From positions 96,001-160,000 of the forward strand of contig CAWAXX010000012.1 in assembly GCA_963786105.1 (NCBI GenBank): a stretch of DNA of 64,000 bases, written 5' to 3'. This document shows positions 37,163-46,734 of the stretch, in pieces. The position numbers and the translations under genes are program-made. Each line of letters opens with the position of its first letter. The stretch's first letter is position 1. The notes beneath the pieces are model-generated. The model had not been told where the DNA came from and made no database searches. It saw only the letters and a list, made by a program, of their open reading frames with translations. Source of the DNA: Vulcanimicrobiota bacterium. GTDB lineage: Bacteria > Vulcanimicrobiota > Vulcanimicrobiia > Vulcanimicrobiales > Vulcanimicrobiaceae.

Positions 37163-38339
37163 TTCGCGCACGCTCAATCGCGGCCGTAAGTCGCCGCGCG
37201 GCGACGCGTCCGATCGCGCACCGGTGCGCTCGTACGTAACCGCGCCGCCGGATGTCGTGCTCTTTGCGGTCGTCGCGACGCTGGTCGGAATCGGCCTCGT
37301 CATGGTGTTCTCGGCGTCGAGCGCGACCGCGTATGCGGAGCACGGCGACATCGCCTACTATGTCAAGCGCCAGCTGATCTGGCTGCTCGTCGGGATGTTC
37401 GCAGCGTTCGTCGTCTACAAGATGGAGCTGGCACGTTTGAAGCGAGCGGCGCCGTATCTGCTGGTGGCCGCGATCGCCGGGCTGCTGCTCGTGTTCGTGC
37501 CTCACGTGGGAGTCGGCGTCAACGGCGGCCGCCGGTGGGTCGGATTTTCCTCGTTGAGTTTCGAGCCGTCGGAGTTCGCAAAACTCGCGCTCGTGATCTA
37601 TCTTTCCGCGATGCTTGCGAGCCGCGGCGATCGCATAACCTCGCTGGTGAGAGGATTGTTTCCGCTGTGCGTTCCGGTGTTGATCATGGCCGTCTTGGTG
37701 CTCAAAGAACCGGACATGGGCACCGCCAGCCTCTTGGTGTTCATCGCCTTCACGATGTTTTTCGCAGCCGGCGCGCGCGTCTTTCATTTGATCGCCATCC
37801 TGGCGGTGACGGCGCCGATGGCGGTGCTTACCGTCATCGCCAGTCCGTACCGGCGCGCACGCGTTTTCGCGTTCTTGGATCCGTGGAAAGATCCGCAGAA
37901 CACGGGCTTCCACATCGTTCAGTCGCTCCTGGCGCTCGGTAGCGGCGGTATCTTCGGCATGGGACTCGGCGCGTCGCGCGCGAAATTTTTCTACCTCCCC
38001 GAACAATACACCGACTTCATCTTCTCAGTGTTGGGTGAGGAACTGGGCTTGATCGGCGCGTTTTCCGTGGTCGTGCTGTTCGTCACATTCATCTACCGGG
38101 CCGTGCGAATCGCGCTCGCGGCTCCCGATCGCTTCGGCTACTTTCTGGCCTGCGGGTGCGGCGCCATGATCGCGATTCAAGCCTTCATCAACATCGGCGT
38201 CGTGACGTCGTCGTGGCCGGTAACCGGCGTGCCCCTTCCGTTCGTCTCGTTCGGCGGCAGTTCGCTCGTCGTCAATCTCATTGCCGTCGCCCTGATCGCC
38301 AACGTCGGACGCCATCGCCGGCTGAATGCCGGCTCTTAG
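37155..38339 (+). CDS. ftsW: SEDS peptidoglycan polymerase FtsW
   Basis: GLVMVFSAS, NGGRRW, EPSEFAK, EPDMGT, LPEQYTDFIF, GEELG, TGVPLPFVSFGGSS. Confidence 0.96.
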   Translation: MLSSRTLNRGRKSPRGDASDRAPVRSYVTAPPDVVLFAVVATLVGIGLVMVFSASSATAYAEHGDIAYYVKRQLIWLLVGMFAAFVVYKMELARLKRAAPYLLVAAIAGLLLVFVPHVGVGVNGGRRWVGFSSLSFEPSEFAKLALVIYLSAMLASRGDRITSLVRGLFPLCVPVLIMAVLVLKEPDMGTASLLVFIAFTMFFAAGARVFHLIAILAVTAPMAVLTVIASPYRRARVFAFLDPWKDPQNTGFHIVQSLLALGSGGIFGMGLGASRAKFFYLPEQYTDFIFSVLGEELGLIGAFSVVVLFVTFIYRAVRIALAAPDRFGYFLACGCGAMIAIQAFINIGVVTSSWPVTGVPLPFVSFGGSSLVVNLIAVALIANVGRHRRLNAGS

Positions 38340-39456
38340 CCTGCAGACTCCGTCCGGGCGGCGGATCGTTTTTGCCGGAGGCGGTACGGGCGGGCATCTC
38401 TACCCTGCAATTGCGGTCGCCGACGCGTTGCGCGAACGCGATGCGGAGATCGCGTTTGTCGGAACCGCCGACCGGCTGGAAGCGACGATCGTCCCCAAAG
38501 CGGGATACGAGCTGCATACGATCGCCGGCCGTCCGTTGGTACGCAATTTATCGTGGGATTTTCTTCGAACCGTCGTCGCCAATGCGGCCGGGACCGCACA
38601 AAGCCTCGCGCTTCTACTGCGATTGCGCCCGGACTTGGTGATTGCAACCGGTGGCTACGTGTGTTTCCCAGCGGTCTTGGCCGCACGAGCGTTGCGGGCG
38701 GTGCGCGTTTCTCGAATGGCTATAGCATTGCTCGAGCCCAACGCAAAGCCCGGGCTGACGAACCGGCTGCTCGCCCCGCTGGTGGACGAGGTGTGGGGGG
38801 CCTTCGGCGATGCCGATTCCCGCTTCGCAGGTAAGTACGTGCGCACGGGTGTGCCGGTCCGTTCGGCGTTGCGGTCGTTGCCATCGCGCGGTGCGGCAAT
38901 CGCGGGGCTTGGGCTCGACCCAGCCCGAAAGACGCTTTTGGCGATCGGCGGAAGCCAGGGCGCTCGCACGATCAACGACGCTTTGAGCGCGCTGGCGAAA
39001 GAGCGCGAGTTGCCGCCAGGATGGCAACTTATCGTCGTCACCGGCGCGCGCGACTACGAACGCGTACGGGCAGAGATGGAAGGCTCGGGGGTGGTGGTGC
39101 GGCCGTATCTCGACGACCTGTCGGAAGCCTACGCCGCCGCCGATCTGGTGTTGGCTCGAGCCGGTGCTTCGACGCTGGCGGAGCTGGCGGCCGTCGGAAA
39201 GCCGGCGATTCTCGTCCCGTATCCGTTTGCCGCCGACGATCATCAGACGAGCAACGCCGAGCGCTTTGCCGCCACCGGTGCGGCCGTCATCGTTGCCGAC
39301 CACGAGCTGCAGCGTGGCGCGCTACGTCTTGCTATCGCCGAAGCGACCGGCTCGCCGCGGATCGACGGCATGCGAGCCGATGCCGAGCGCTTGCGCTCGG
39401 GCGATCCGATTGCGACCATTCTCGCCCGGGTCGATTGGCTGTTGGCGAGAAAGTAG
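38326..39456 (+). CDS. murG: Undecaprenyl-PP-MurNAc-pentapeptide GlcNAc transferase
   Basis: GGGTGGHLYP, GGYV, TGVPVR, GGSQGA, RAGASTLAE, DHQ..NA. Confidence 0.96.
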   Translation: MPALSLQTPSGRRIVFAGGGTGGHLYPAIAVADALRERDAEIAFVGTADRLEATIVPKAGYELHTIAGRPLVRNLSWDFLRTVVANAAGTAQSLALLLRLRPDLVIATGGYVCFPAVLAARALRAVRVSRMAIALLEPNAKPGLTNRLLAPLVDEVWGAFGDADSRFAGKYVRTGVPVRSALRSLPSRGAAIAGLGLDPARKTLLAIGGSQGARTINDALSALAKERELPPGWQLIVVTGARDYERVRAEMEGSGVVVRPYLDDLSEAYAAADLVLARAGASTLAELAAVGKPAILVPYPFAADDHQTSNAERFAATGAAVIVADHELQRGALRLAIAEATGSPRIDGMRADAERLRSGDPIATILARVDWLLARK

Positions 39457-39465
39457 GACGTATCG

Positions 39466-40848
39466 ATGAATGGAGGGCCGTTTCACTTTATCGGCGTCGG
39501 CGGCATCGGGATGAGCGCTATTGCGCGCGTCCTGCTCGCGCGCGGCGAGACGGTATCCGGCTCCGACGTCAAGCCAACACCGCTGCTCGAAGAGCTGCGC
39601 GCACAAGGCGTTCGCGTGACGATTGGGCACGACGGCGACAACATCCGCGGCGCGCATACCGTCGTCGTGAGCTCGGCGATCGACCGCCGTAATCCCGAGT
39701 ACGCCGCGGCCCGGCGCAACGGGACGCCGGTGCTGCACCGCGGCGAAATGCTGGCGCAGCTCCTGGACGAACGCCGCGGCATCGCCGTCTGCGGAACGCA
39801 CGGCAAAACGACGACCACCGCGATGACGCATGCGGTGCTGCGCTTGGGCGGCATCGACGCGAGCCTCGTGCTGGGCGGAATCGATTGCCTGCTCGAGACG
39901 AACGCGCACGACGGGACGTCGCCCTGGTTCGTTACGGAGGCCGACGAATCCGACGGGTCGTTTGCGCTTCTCGAGCCTGCAATGGCGGTCGTTACCAACA
40001 TCGAGAACGATCATCTCGTCAGCGACGACGATCTTCCTCAGTTAGTGCGCGCCTTCGCGGAATTTCTTGGGAAGCTTCCCGAAGACGGGGCGGCGATCGT
40101 CGGCGTCGACAACGCGTTGTCGGCCTCGCTCGTCTCGCACGATTTGCGTACGCGTACGGTCACGTTCGGTCTTTCGGCCGGCGCCGACGTTCGCGCGGCG
40201 AACCTCCGGACGGACGGCCTTGCCGCGCGCTTCGACGTCATTGTGGGCGGCGCGTGCCTTGGCATCGTCGAGTTACGCGTGCCCGGCGCCATCAACGTGC
40301 AAAACGCGCTGGCGGCTATTGCGGTCGGGCGCGAACTTGGCATTCCGTTTGCAAGAATCGCCGATGCGCTGAGGGCTTTTCGCGGCGTGCGCCGCCGCTT
40401 CGACGTTCTCGCCCGCACCGAACGCCTCATCGTCGTCGACGATTACGCCCATCATCCCACCGCGGTGCGCGCGACGATCGCGGCGGCCCGCGAATACCGT
40501 CCCGGACCGCTGGTCGTCGCCTTTCAACCGCATCGCTATACCCGCACGGCATTCTTGGCTCGCGATTTCGCCGACGCGCTGCGCGGCGCCGATTGCGTGT
40601 ACCTGACGCCGGTATACGCGGCCTCGGAGCCGATAATTCCCGGCGTGAGCGAGCGCTCCATCGGCGAGCCCTTGTCCGCGAGCGGCGCCACCGTTCGCTA
40701 CGTGGCGCGCGTCGAGGATTTGGAGGATCGCATCTTCGACGAGGCGCCGCCCGGCGCGCTCGTTCTGATGCTCGGCGCCGGTAACGTCACCGACGTAGCC
40801 GCGCGCTTAGCCGAGCGGGTCGCCCGCTCTGCATCGGTGCGCGCATGA
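39466..40848 (+). CDS. murC: UDP-MurNAc--L-alanine ligase
   Basis: HFIGVGGIGMS, GTHGKTTTT, EADESD, DDYAHHP, FQPHRYTRT. Confidence 0.97.
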   Translation: MNGGPFHFIGVGGIGMSAIARVLLARGETVSGSDVKPTPLLEELRAQGVRVTIGHDGDNIRGAHTVVVSSAIDRRNPEYAAARRNGTPVLHRGEMLAQLLDERRGIAVCGTHGKTTTTAMTHAVLRLGGIDASLVLGGIDCLLETNAHDGTSPWFVTEADESDGSFALLEPAMAVVTNIENDHLVSDDDLPQLVRAFAEFLGKLPEDGAAIVGVDNALSASLVSHDLRTRTVTFGLSAGADVRAANLRTDGLAARFDVIVGGACLGIVELRVPGAINVQNALAAIAVGRELGIPFARIADALRAFRGVRRRFDVLARTERLIVVDDYAHHPTAVRATIAAAREYRPGPLVVAFQPHRYTRTAFLARDFADALRGADCVYLTPVYAASEPIIPGVSERSIGEPLSASGATVRYVARVEDLEDRIFDEAPPGALVLMLGAGNVTDVAARLAERVARSASVRA

Positions 40849-41798
40849 GCGTGACGACGTCGCTGGCCCTGCGCTCGCTGCTCGGCGAAGGCGACCGCGA
40901 AGCGCTGACGGCGATCTTCGGCGCGCGCGCGAAATTCGACGAGCCGCTGGCGCAGTACACGTCGTGGAAGATCGGCGGACCCGCCGACGCGCTGGTCGCC
41001 GCGGAAAGCGAAGGCGAACTGGCCGCATTGATGCGGTTCTGCCTCAAGCGGCGCATGCCATGGTTTGCCATCGGAGGCGGCAGCAACGTCCTTGTCGGCG
41101 ACGGCGGAGTGCGTGGGGTCGTGATTCGCTTGAGCGGGGCATTTGCGGATATCGGCGTTCGCATCGAAGACGAGTGCGTGGTCGTCGAGGCGGGCGCTTC
41201 GGCCGGGATGGCGGCGATCACCGCGAAGGCGGCGACGGCCGGTGCAGCGGGCGTCGGTTCGCTGGCCGGCATCCCTGGAACGGTGGGCGGATCTCTGCGC
41301 ATGAACGCCGGCACCGACCGGGAGATCGGGGATTTCGTGCGCGACGTCTGGGTGCAGTCTCCCGCCAAGCCGGTCGCGCATCCCGTGACGGTGCAGTACT
41401 TCTACCGTCATTCCAGCCTGGCGCGCGATGCGGTCGTTTCGCGCATTACCCTGGCGTTTGCCAAGAGCGATCCGGCCGCCGTTCGCGCGGAGATGCGGAG
41501 GCGGCTCGTGCGGCGGAAGGATACGCAGCCGATCGCGCTCCCGAATGCGGGATCGTGTTTTCGAAATCCCGACGGCGACAAGGCCGCCCGGCTGATCGAG
41601 GGCATCGGGGCTAAGGGATGGCGCGAGGGCGGCGCGGAAGTTTCCCCATTGCACGCGAATTTCATCAACAACGTCGGCGGCGCGAGTGCCAAAGACGTCG
41701 CGACGCTGCTGGCGCGCGTGCGCTCCGCAGTCCACGACCGGTTCGGCGTGGAGCTGCAACTCGAAGTGCACCTAGTCGGAGTCTTCGTAGACGCATGA
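40845..41798 (+). CDS. murB: UDP-N-acetylenolpyruvoylglucosamine reductase
   Basis: TSWKIGGPA, GGGSNVL, GIPGTVGG..MNAG, QP..PNAGSCFRNP, HANFI, LQLEV. Confidence 0.95.
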   Translation: MSVTTSLALRSLLGEGDREALTAIFGARAKFDEPLAQYTSWKIGGPADALVAAESEGELAALMRFCLKRRMPWFAIGGGSNVLVGDGGVRGVVIRLSGAFADIGVRIEDECVVVEAGASAGMAAITAKAATAGAAGVGSLAGIPGTVGGSLRMNAGTDREIGDFVRDVWVQSPAKPVAHPVTVQYFYRHSSLARDAVVSRITLAFAKSDPAAVRAEMRRRLVRRKDTQPIALPNAGSCFRNPDGDKAARLIEGIGAKGWREGGAEVSPLHANFINNVGGASAKDVATLLARVRSAVHDRFGVELQLEVHLVGVFVDA

Positions 41799-42736
41799 AA
41801 CGTACAGCCAAGATCGTCGTCGTCATGGGCGGGAACAGCGCGGAGCGCGAAATTTCGATCCGCAGCGGCGCTGGGGCGATGCAGGCGTTGCAAACGCTCG
41901 GTTACGATGCGTCGTCGCTCGACTACGACGAGCGGTTCGTCGAAGCCATTCGCGAGCGTAAGCCGGACGCCGTCTTCAACGCCCTTCACGGCCCCGGTGG
42001 CGAAGACGGTCACGTTCAGGCGTTGTTGGAGTACTTGGCCGTTCCGTATACGGGTAGCGGTTTGGAAGCCTCGTCGCTGTCGATGGATAAGCACTTGACC
42101 AAGAAGCTGCTCGCCGCCGAAGGCTTGCCTACGGCGGCGTGGGATCTCTTCGATTTGAGCGGCGGCACCTTACCGCTGCTGCCCGGTTCGCTCGACCTTC
42201 CGCTCGTCGTCAAGCCGCGGTTCGAAGGATCGTCGGCCGGCGTGGCGATCGTGCGCACGCACGAGCAATGGACCGCCGCGATGCTTTCGGCATCGAAGAG
42301 CTACTCACAAATTCTCGCCGAGGAATACGTCGACGGACGCGAGTTTACGTGCGCCGTCCTCGGCGAAGAGGCGTTGCCGATCGTTGAGATCGTCGCGAAT
42401 CGCTCGGAATTTTACTCGTTCGATTCGAAATACGAACCCGGAGGCAGCACCCACGTGGTACCCGCCCACATCGACGACGACCTGGCTGCGCGTCTGCAGA
42501 TGCTGGCGCTGTCCGCACACCGCCTGCTGGGACTGCGCGATTACTCGCGCACCGATTTCATCGTCAGCCACGACCTGCGTCCCTACGTTCTCGAAATCAA
42601 TTCGTTGCCGGGCCTCACGCCCACGAGCCTTTTCCCCGATGCGTGTGCGAGCGTCGGCATCACCTTCGAAGCGTTGATCGATCGGCTCGTTGGGTACGCG
42701 CTGGCACGCGGGGATCTTCGCGACGCCGTCGCGTAG
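41795..42736 (+). CDS. ddl: D-alanine--D-alanine ligase
   Basis: GGNSAEREIS, LHGPGGEDG, PYTGSG, MDK, VVKP..EGSS, FYSFDSKY, EINSLPG. Confidence 0.96.
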   Translation: MKRTAKIVVVMGGNSAEREISIRSGAGAMQALQTLGYDASSLDYDERFVEAIRERKPDAVFNALHGPGGEDGHVQALLEYLAVPYTGSGLEASSLSMDKHLTKKLLAAEGLPTAAWDLFDLSGGTLPLLPGSLDLPLVVKPRFEGSSAGVAIVRTHEQWTAAMLSASKSYSQILAEEYVDGREFTCAVLGEEALPIVEIVANRSEFYSFDSKYEPGGSTHVVPAHIDDDLAARLQMLALSAHRLLGLRDYSRTDFIVSHDLRPYVLEINSLPGLTPTSLFPDACASVGITFEALIDRLVGYALARGDLRDAVA

Positions 42737-42764
42737 CGGCCGCACCTGAGGTGATCGGGCGAAT

Positions 42765-45467
42765 GTGAGCGCGGCGCTTCCGACCGGTACGGTGACCTTT
42801 CTGTTCACCGACATCGAAGGCAGTACGGCCCTTTGGGAGCGCTGTCCGGAAGCCATGCGCGACGCCCTCGCCGATCACGATGCGATCGTTCGCAGGGCGG
42901 CCACGGATCGCGGCGGCATCGTATTCAAGACCGTCGGCGATTCGTTCTGCTGCGCGTTCGCGCGCCCCGAAGACGCGGCCGGCACTGCGGTCGACGTGCA
43001 GCGCGCTCTGGCGAGCCACGCTTGGCCGGACGAGGTCGGTGAAATTCGCGTACGGATGGGCATCCACACCGGAAACGCCGTGGAACGCGACGGCGACTAC
43101 TTCGGTCCGACGGTCAATCGCGTCGCTCGCCTGATGTCGATCGGAAACGGCGGACAAATTTTGGTATCGTCGTCGACGGCCGCGCTGCTGCGAGGAACGC
43201 TTCGCAAAGGCGTTGCGCTGCGGGATCTCGGAGCGCACCGGCTGCGGGACCTCAGTCAAGCCGAAACGACGTTTCAGCTCGACGCCGAGGGGTTGCGCGT
43301 TGATTTTCCGACGCTGGCGTCGCTGGATACGCGACCGAACAACCTCCCATCTCAGATATCGAGCTTCATCGGCCGCGAACGAGAACTCGACGACCTCCAG
43401 ACGTTCCTGCGGGAACACCGGCTCGTTACGATTACGGGGCCGGGCGGCATGGGGAAGACGCGTTTGGCGCTGCAGGTGGCCGCCTCGACCATCGGAGGTT
43501 TTCAAGATGGGGCCTGGCTGGTCGAGCTAAGTTCGATCGGCGATCCGTCGCTCGTTTTCCAAACGATCGCGAGTGCACTCGGGGTGCGCGAGATTCGGCT
43601 CGAGTCGATCGAAGAAACGTTGCTGCGCGAGCTGTCGCGCAAACAGCTCCTGTTACTAGTGGATAACGCGGAACATCTACTGGCGGACGTTGCGGCTGCG
43701 GTGAAGGCGATCCTGACGCGCTGTCCCAACGTTCGCGTGCTGGTCACGAGCCGGGAGCGGCTGCATTTAACCGGCGAGCAGACGTATCGCCTCCTCGCGA
43801 TGCCGGAAGCTCCGCCGGAGGTGAGAGCCGGCGACTTGTCGGAGCACGACAGCACGCGACTTTTTCTCGAACGTGCGCGAGCGATCGCGCCCGAATTCGT
43901 CGTCGCCGATCGAGATGCCGGTGAGATTGCGTCGCTGTGCCTTAAGCTGGAAGGTATTCCCCTCGCAATCGAATTGGCCGCGGCCCGCGTGACGAGCCTT
44001 TCCGTTCGGCAACTTAACGAACGCTTGAGCGAGCGTCTCGTACTGCTGGCCTCGAAAGACAGCACGTTGGGGCGGCATCGAACGCTGCGCGCCACCATCG
44101 ATTGGAGCTATCGTTTGCTGAACGAGGACGAGAAGCGCGTGTTTCCAGCGCTCTCGGTCTTCGCTAACGGCTTTACCCTCGAGGCGTGCGAACGCGTGGC
44201 TCCGGCAAAGGACGCCGCAACCCTGGACGTCCTCCAGTCGCTGGCGGAAAAATCGTTCGTTCAAGCCGACTTACGTTCCGAAGGCGCGCGGTTTCGTCCG
44301 CTCGACGTCATGCGAGAATATGGCTGGGCCGAACTCGAGGCGGCCGGTTTGGCGGCCGAAACTCAACGCCGGCATGCGACCTACTATGCCGAGTTTGCGG
44401 CTCGCGGTGAGCGCGTATCGGCCGGCGATGCCTCAGCCTGGTACCGGCAGCTCGACGACGAGACGCACAACCTGCGTCTGGCACTCGAGTGGTGCGTTCG
44501 CAACGACGCGGTCAAAGGTGCGAGCCTCGGGCTCGACCTGACGGCCTATTGGCGCGTCCGCAGCAACATCACCGAAGCGCGCGCCCGCTTCGCGCAGCTC
44601 TTGACGTTGAGAGGAATCGAGGCCCGACAGCGTGCGGCGCTGTTGTGTTGCGCCGCCGGCTTTGCCGCCATGCAGGACGACTTCGCCCAATCGCTGTCGC
44701 TTGCCGAGGAGGCGCTGTCGCTGTACCGCGAAGCTGCCGATTCCGAGGGAACGGCCGAAGCGCTCTTTCGAATTGCGGAAGTAGAACATCGCAAGGGGCG
44801 TTTGGCGCGAGCCAAGGAGTTATACGAAGATGCGCGCCATCTCTTCGTGACCGTCGGCAAACGGCGCGGCGAGATGCTGTGCATTGCGAATCTAGGAATG
44901 CTCGCGCGGCAACAAGGCGATTATCACAGCGCGAAGTCGCTGCTGGAAGACGCACTCGCTCGCGCGCGCGCCCTGGGCGAGCGCCGAATCGTCGGCGATT
45001 CGATCATCGCGCTGGGATGGATCAATCTCTATTTGGAAGACCTCCACGCGTCGAAGGAACTTTTCGAACGGGCGCTTGCGGAAAAAGAAGCAGAGCGGGA
45101 CCGGTACGGCATTTGCAGCGCGCGTCACGGCCTGGCGACGGTGGCCCTGAAAGACGGACGGCTCGAGGAAGCTTTCGAGCAGTTCAAAGAAACCATCAAC
45201 ATGGCGCTCGACTTGCAGCTCCAGGACTATCTATTCCGAGGATTCGACGGAGTCAGCGCCGTGCTGGCGTTAAAAGGCGACGTCGAAAGCGCGGCTCGCT
45301 ACCTCGGACTCGCCGAGCGGCTCTTTCGCGAAAGTGGACGCGAACTGCGCGACAGCATTGCCTACGACCGCGCGTCGCAGTCGATCGAGTCGGCCCTAAG
45401 CCCGTCGCGTTTTTCCGAACTGCTGGCGGACGGAGCCGGGATGCGCGTATTCGACGCTATCCTATGA
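42765..45467 (+). CDS. Class III adenylate cyclase - NB-ARC/STAND NTPase - TPR protein
   Basis: FTDIEGST, KTVGDSF, DYFGPTVNRVARL; Walker A GPGGMGKT; LLVDNAEHL; GIPLAIELAAAR; C-terminal TPR-like helices. Confidence 0.9.
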   Translation: MSAALPTGTVTFLFTDIEGSTALWERCPEAMRDALADHDAIVRRAATDRGGIVFKTVGDSFCCAFARPEDAAGTAVDVQRALASHAWPDEVGEIRVRMGIHTGNAVERDGDYFGPTVNRVARLMSIGNGGQILVSSSTAALLRGTLRKGVALRDLGAHRLRDLSQAETTFQLDAEGLRVDFPTLASLDTRPNNLPSQISSFIGRERELDDLQTFLREHRLVTITGPGGMGKTRLALQVAASTIGGFQDGAWLVELSSIGDPSLVFQTIASALGVREIRLESIEETLLRELSRKQLLLLVDNAEHLLADVAAAVKAILTRCPNVRVLVTSRERLHLTGEQTYRLLAMPEAPPEVRAGDLSEHDSTRLFLERARAIAPEFVVADRDAGEIASLCLKLEGIPLAIELAAARVTSLSVRQLNERLSERLVLLASKDSTLGRHRTLRATIDWSYRLLNEDEKRVFPALSVFANGFTLEACERVAPAKDAATLDVLQSLAEKSFVQADLRSEGARFRPLDVMREYGWAELEAAGLAAETQRRHATYYAEFAARGERVSAGDASAWYRQLDDETHNLRLALEWCVRNDAVKGASLGLDLTAYWRVRSNITEARARFAQLLTLRGIEARQRAALLCCAAGFAAMQDDFAQSLSLAEEALSLYREAADSEGTAEALFRIAEVEHRKGRLARAKELYEDARHLFVTVGKRRGEMLCIANLGMLARQQGDYHSAKSLLEDALARARALGERRIVGDSIIALGWINLYLEDLHASKELFERALAEKEAERDRYGICSARHGLATVALKDGRLEEAFEQFKETINMALDLQLQDYLFRGFDGVSAVLALKGDVESAARYLGLAERLFRESGRELRDSIAYDRASQSIESALSPSRFSELLADGAGMRVFDAIL

Positions 45468-45503
45468 ACGAGTCGATTCGAAGCAGGCCGCCCTGCGACC
45501 GGA

Positions 45504-45875
45504 CTATGGTGACAAGATGATCGTTCCGGTGGCGTTGACGGTCTCGTTCGGGTGCGACGTGGTGTCGTCCACGGTTTGGATATCCATCGAGTCGCTAAAC
45601 TGAAGGCATTCTCCGGGCGGCCTCGGACACGAAGCCGCCGGCGGCGGCAGTGCGGACGCTTTCGTGGTAGTGAAGTCTATGTAGAGGTGGCATTTGCCAC
45701 TCTGTAAGCAATGAGACGATCCTCCTCGCTTGACTTTCACCAGACCATGTAAGTGACTCCCAATCGGATTTCCATCCTCCGGCTGGGGACAACTCTTTAG
45801 GGCGTATCCTACGACGAAAAACACGATCGCCGAGAGCACTCCGGTTACGACCATGCCGCTTCGCGAATTTTTCAT
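45504..45875 (-). CDS. Small Cys-containing membrane-anchored hypothetical protein
   Basis: AAGGAG SD, N-terminal TM, five Cys; fills the gap between flanking genes. Confidence 0.6.
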   Translation of the reverse strand: MKNSRSGMVVTGVLSAIVFFVVGYALKSCPQPEDGNPIGSHLHGLVKVKRGGSSHCLQSGKCHLYIDFTTTKASALPPPAASCPRPPGECLQFSDSMDIQTVDDTTSHPNETVNATGTIILSP

Positions 45876-45914
45876 TGCCGCTCCTTCGTAGTGTTGGTGG
45901 GAAGATTTGCGCCG

Positions 45915-46664
45915 TTAATGCCCCAGAACGGCCGTTACGGCGGCGCGGAATTCGTCGGAGTTCAGGCATTCGCTGAAGGTGCTCACCTCCGCGTCCATCT
46001 GTCCTCGTACGTCTTTAGCGATAGCCTCGCGCATCAACCGCTTCGTTTCGCGCAACGCGATGGGCGGGAGCTCTGCGAGCTTCGCCGCGATCGCGGCGGC
46101 GGTTTCGTCGGCGCGTTCGTCCGGGACGACTTTAGTAACGATGCCGGCGGCGAGCGCCTCCTCCGCGCTAAAGAACTCTCCTGCCAGCAGCATCCACGCG
46201 GCGCGCGTCCGCCCGGCGATCAGCGGCAAGAGCAGCGACGAGCCCGCTTCCGGTACGAGACCCAGTTGCACGAATGGAAGCCGGAATCGCGCCGTCGCAC
46301 CGGCGACGACGACGTCGGCGTGCAGCAGCATCGTCGTACCTATGCCGACGGCGTTTCCGCGCACCGCCGCCACCATCGGCTTCGAAAAGTCGCACAGGCG
46401 CGTCAGGAAGCCGACGACGGCATCGAGGACTGCCGCTTCTCCCGAGGTCGAAGCCCCGATGAAATCCCGCAAGTCGTTTCCCGCGGTGAAGTCGCTCCCG
46501 CCGCGAATCGTAACGACGCGAACTGCGTCGTTCGAATCGAAGGCTTCGAGTGCGTCCGCCATGGCGGCATACATCGCGGTGCTGATGGCGTTCTTCTTCG
46601 CAGGGCGGTCGATGCGAATGTCACCCACGGCGGAATTCGTGGAGACGACGATCTCTGCAGCCAT
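45915..46664 (-). CDS. Enoyl-CoA hydratase/isomerase family protein
   Basis: DRPAKKNAI, FTAGNDL, AVGIGTTMLLHAD, PFVQLGLVPEAGSS. Confidence 0.93.
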   Translation of the reverse strand: MAAEIVVSTNSAVGDIRIDRPAKKNAISTAMYAAMADALEAFDSNDAVRVVTIRGGSDFTAGNDLRDFIGASTSGEAAVLDAVVGFLTRLCDFSKPMVAAVRGNAVGIGTTMLLHADVVVAGATARFRLPFVQLGLVPEAGSSLLLPLIAGRTRAAWMLLAGEFFSAEEALAAGIVTKVVPDERADETAAAIAAKLAELPPIALRETKRLMREAIAKDVRGQMDAEVSTFSECLNSDEFRAAVTAVLGH

Positions 46665-46734
46665 TGAAGCGGTGATTCAACGCTTGGTTGGCTGCATCCT
46701 TAGGAGATTGCATGGGGCCGGAGAAGGTGCTTCC

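Noticed and set aside
41795..42736. Possible D-Ala-D-Lac (Van-type) ligase
   Set aside because: The omega loop ends in K-Y as in D-Ala-D-Ala ligases, and no vanH/vanX genes are nearby.
45979..46734. 252-aa N-terminal extension of the tracked 715-aa amidohydrolase ORF
   Set aside because: Antisense shadow of the enoyl-CoA hydratase; SD and Tat signal place the start at 46735.
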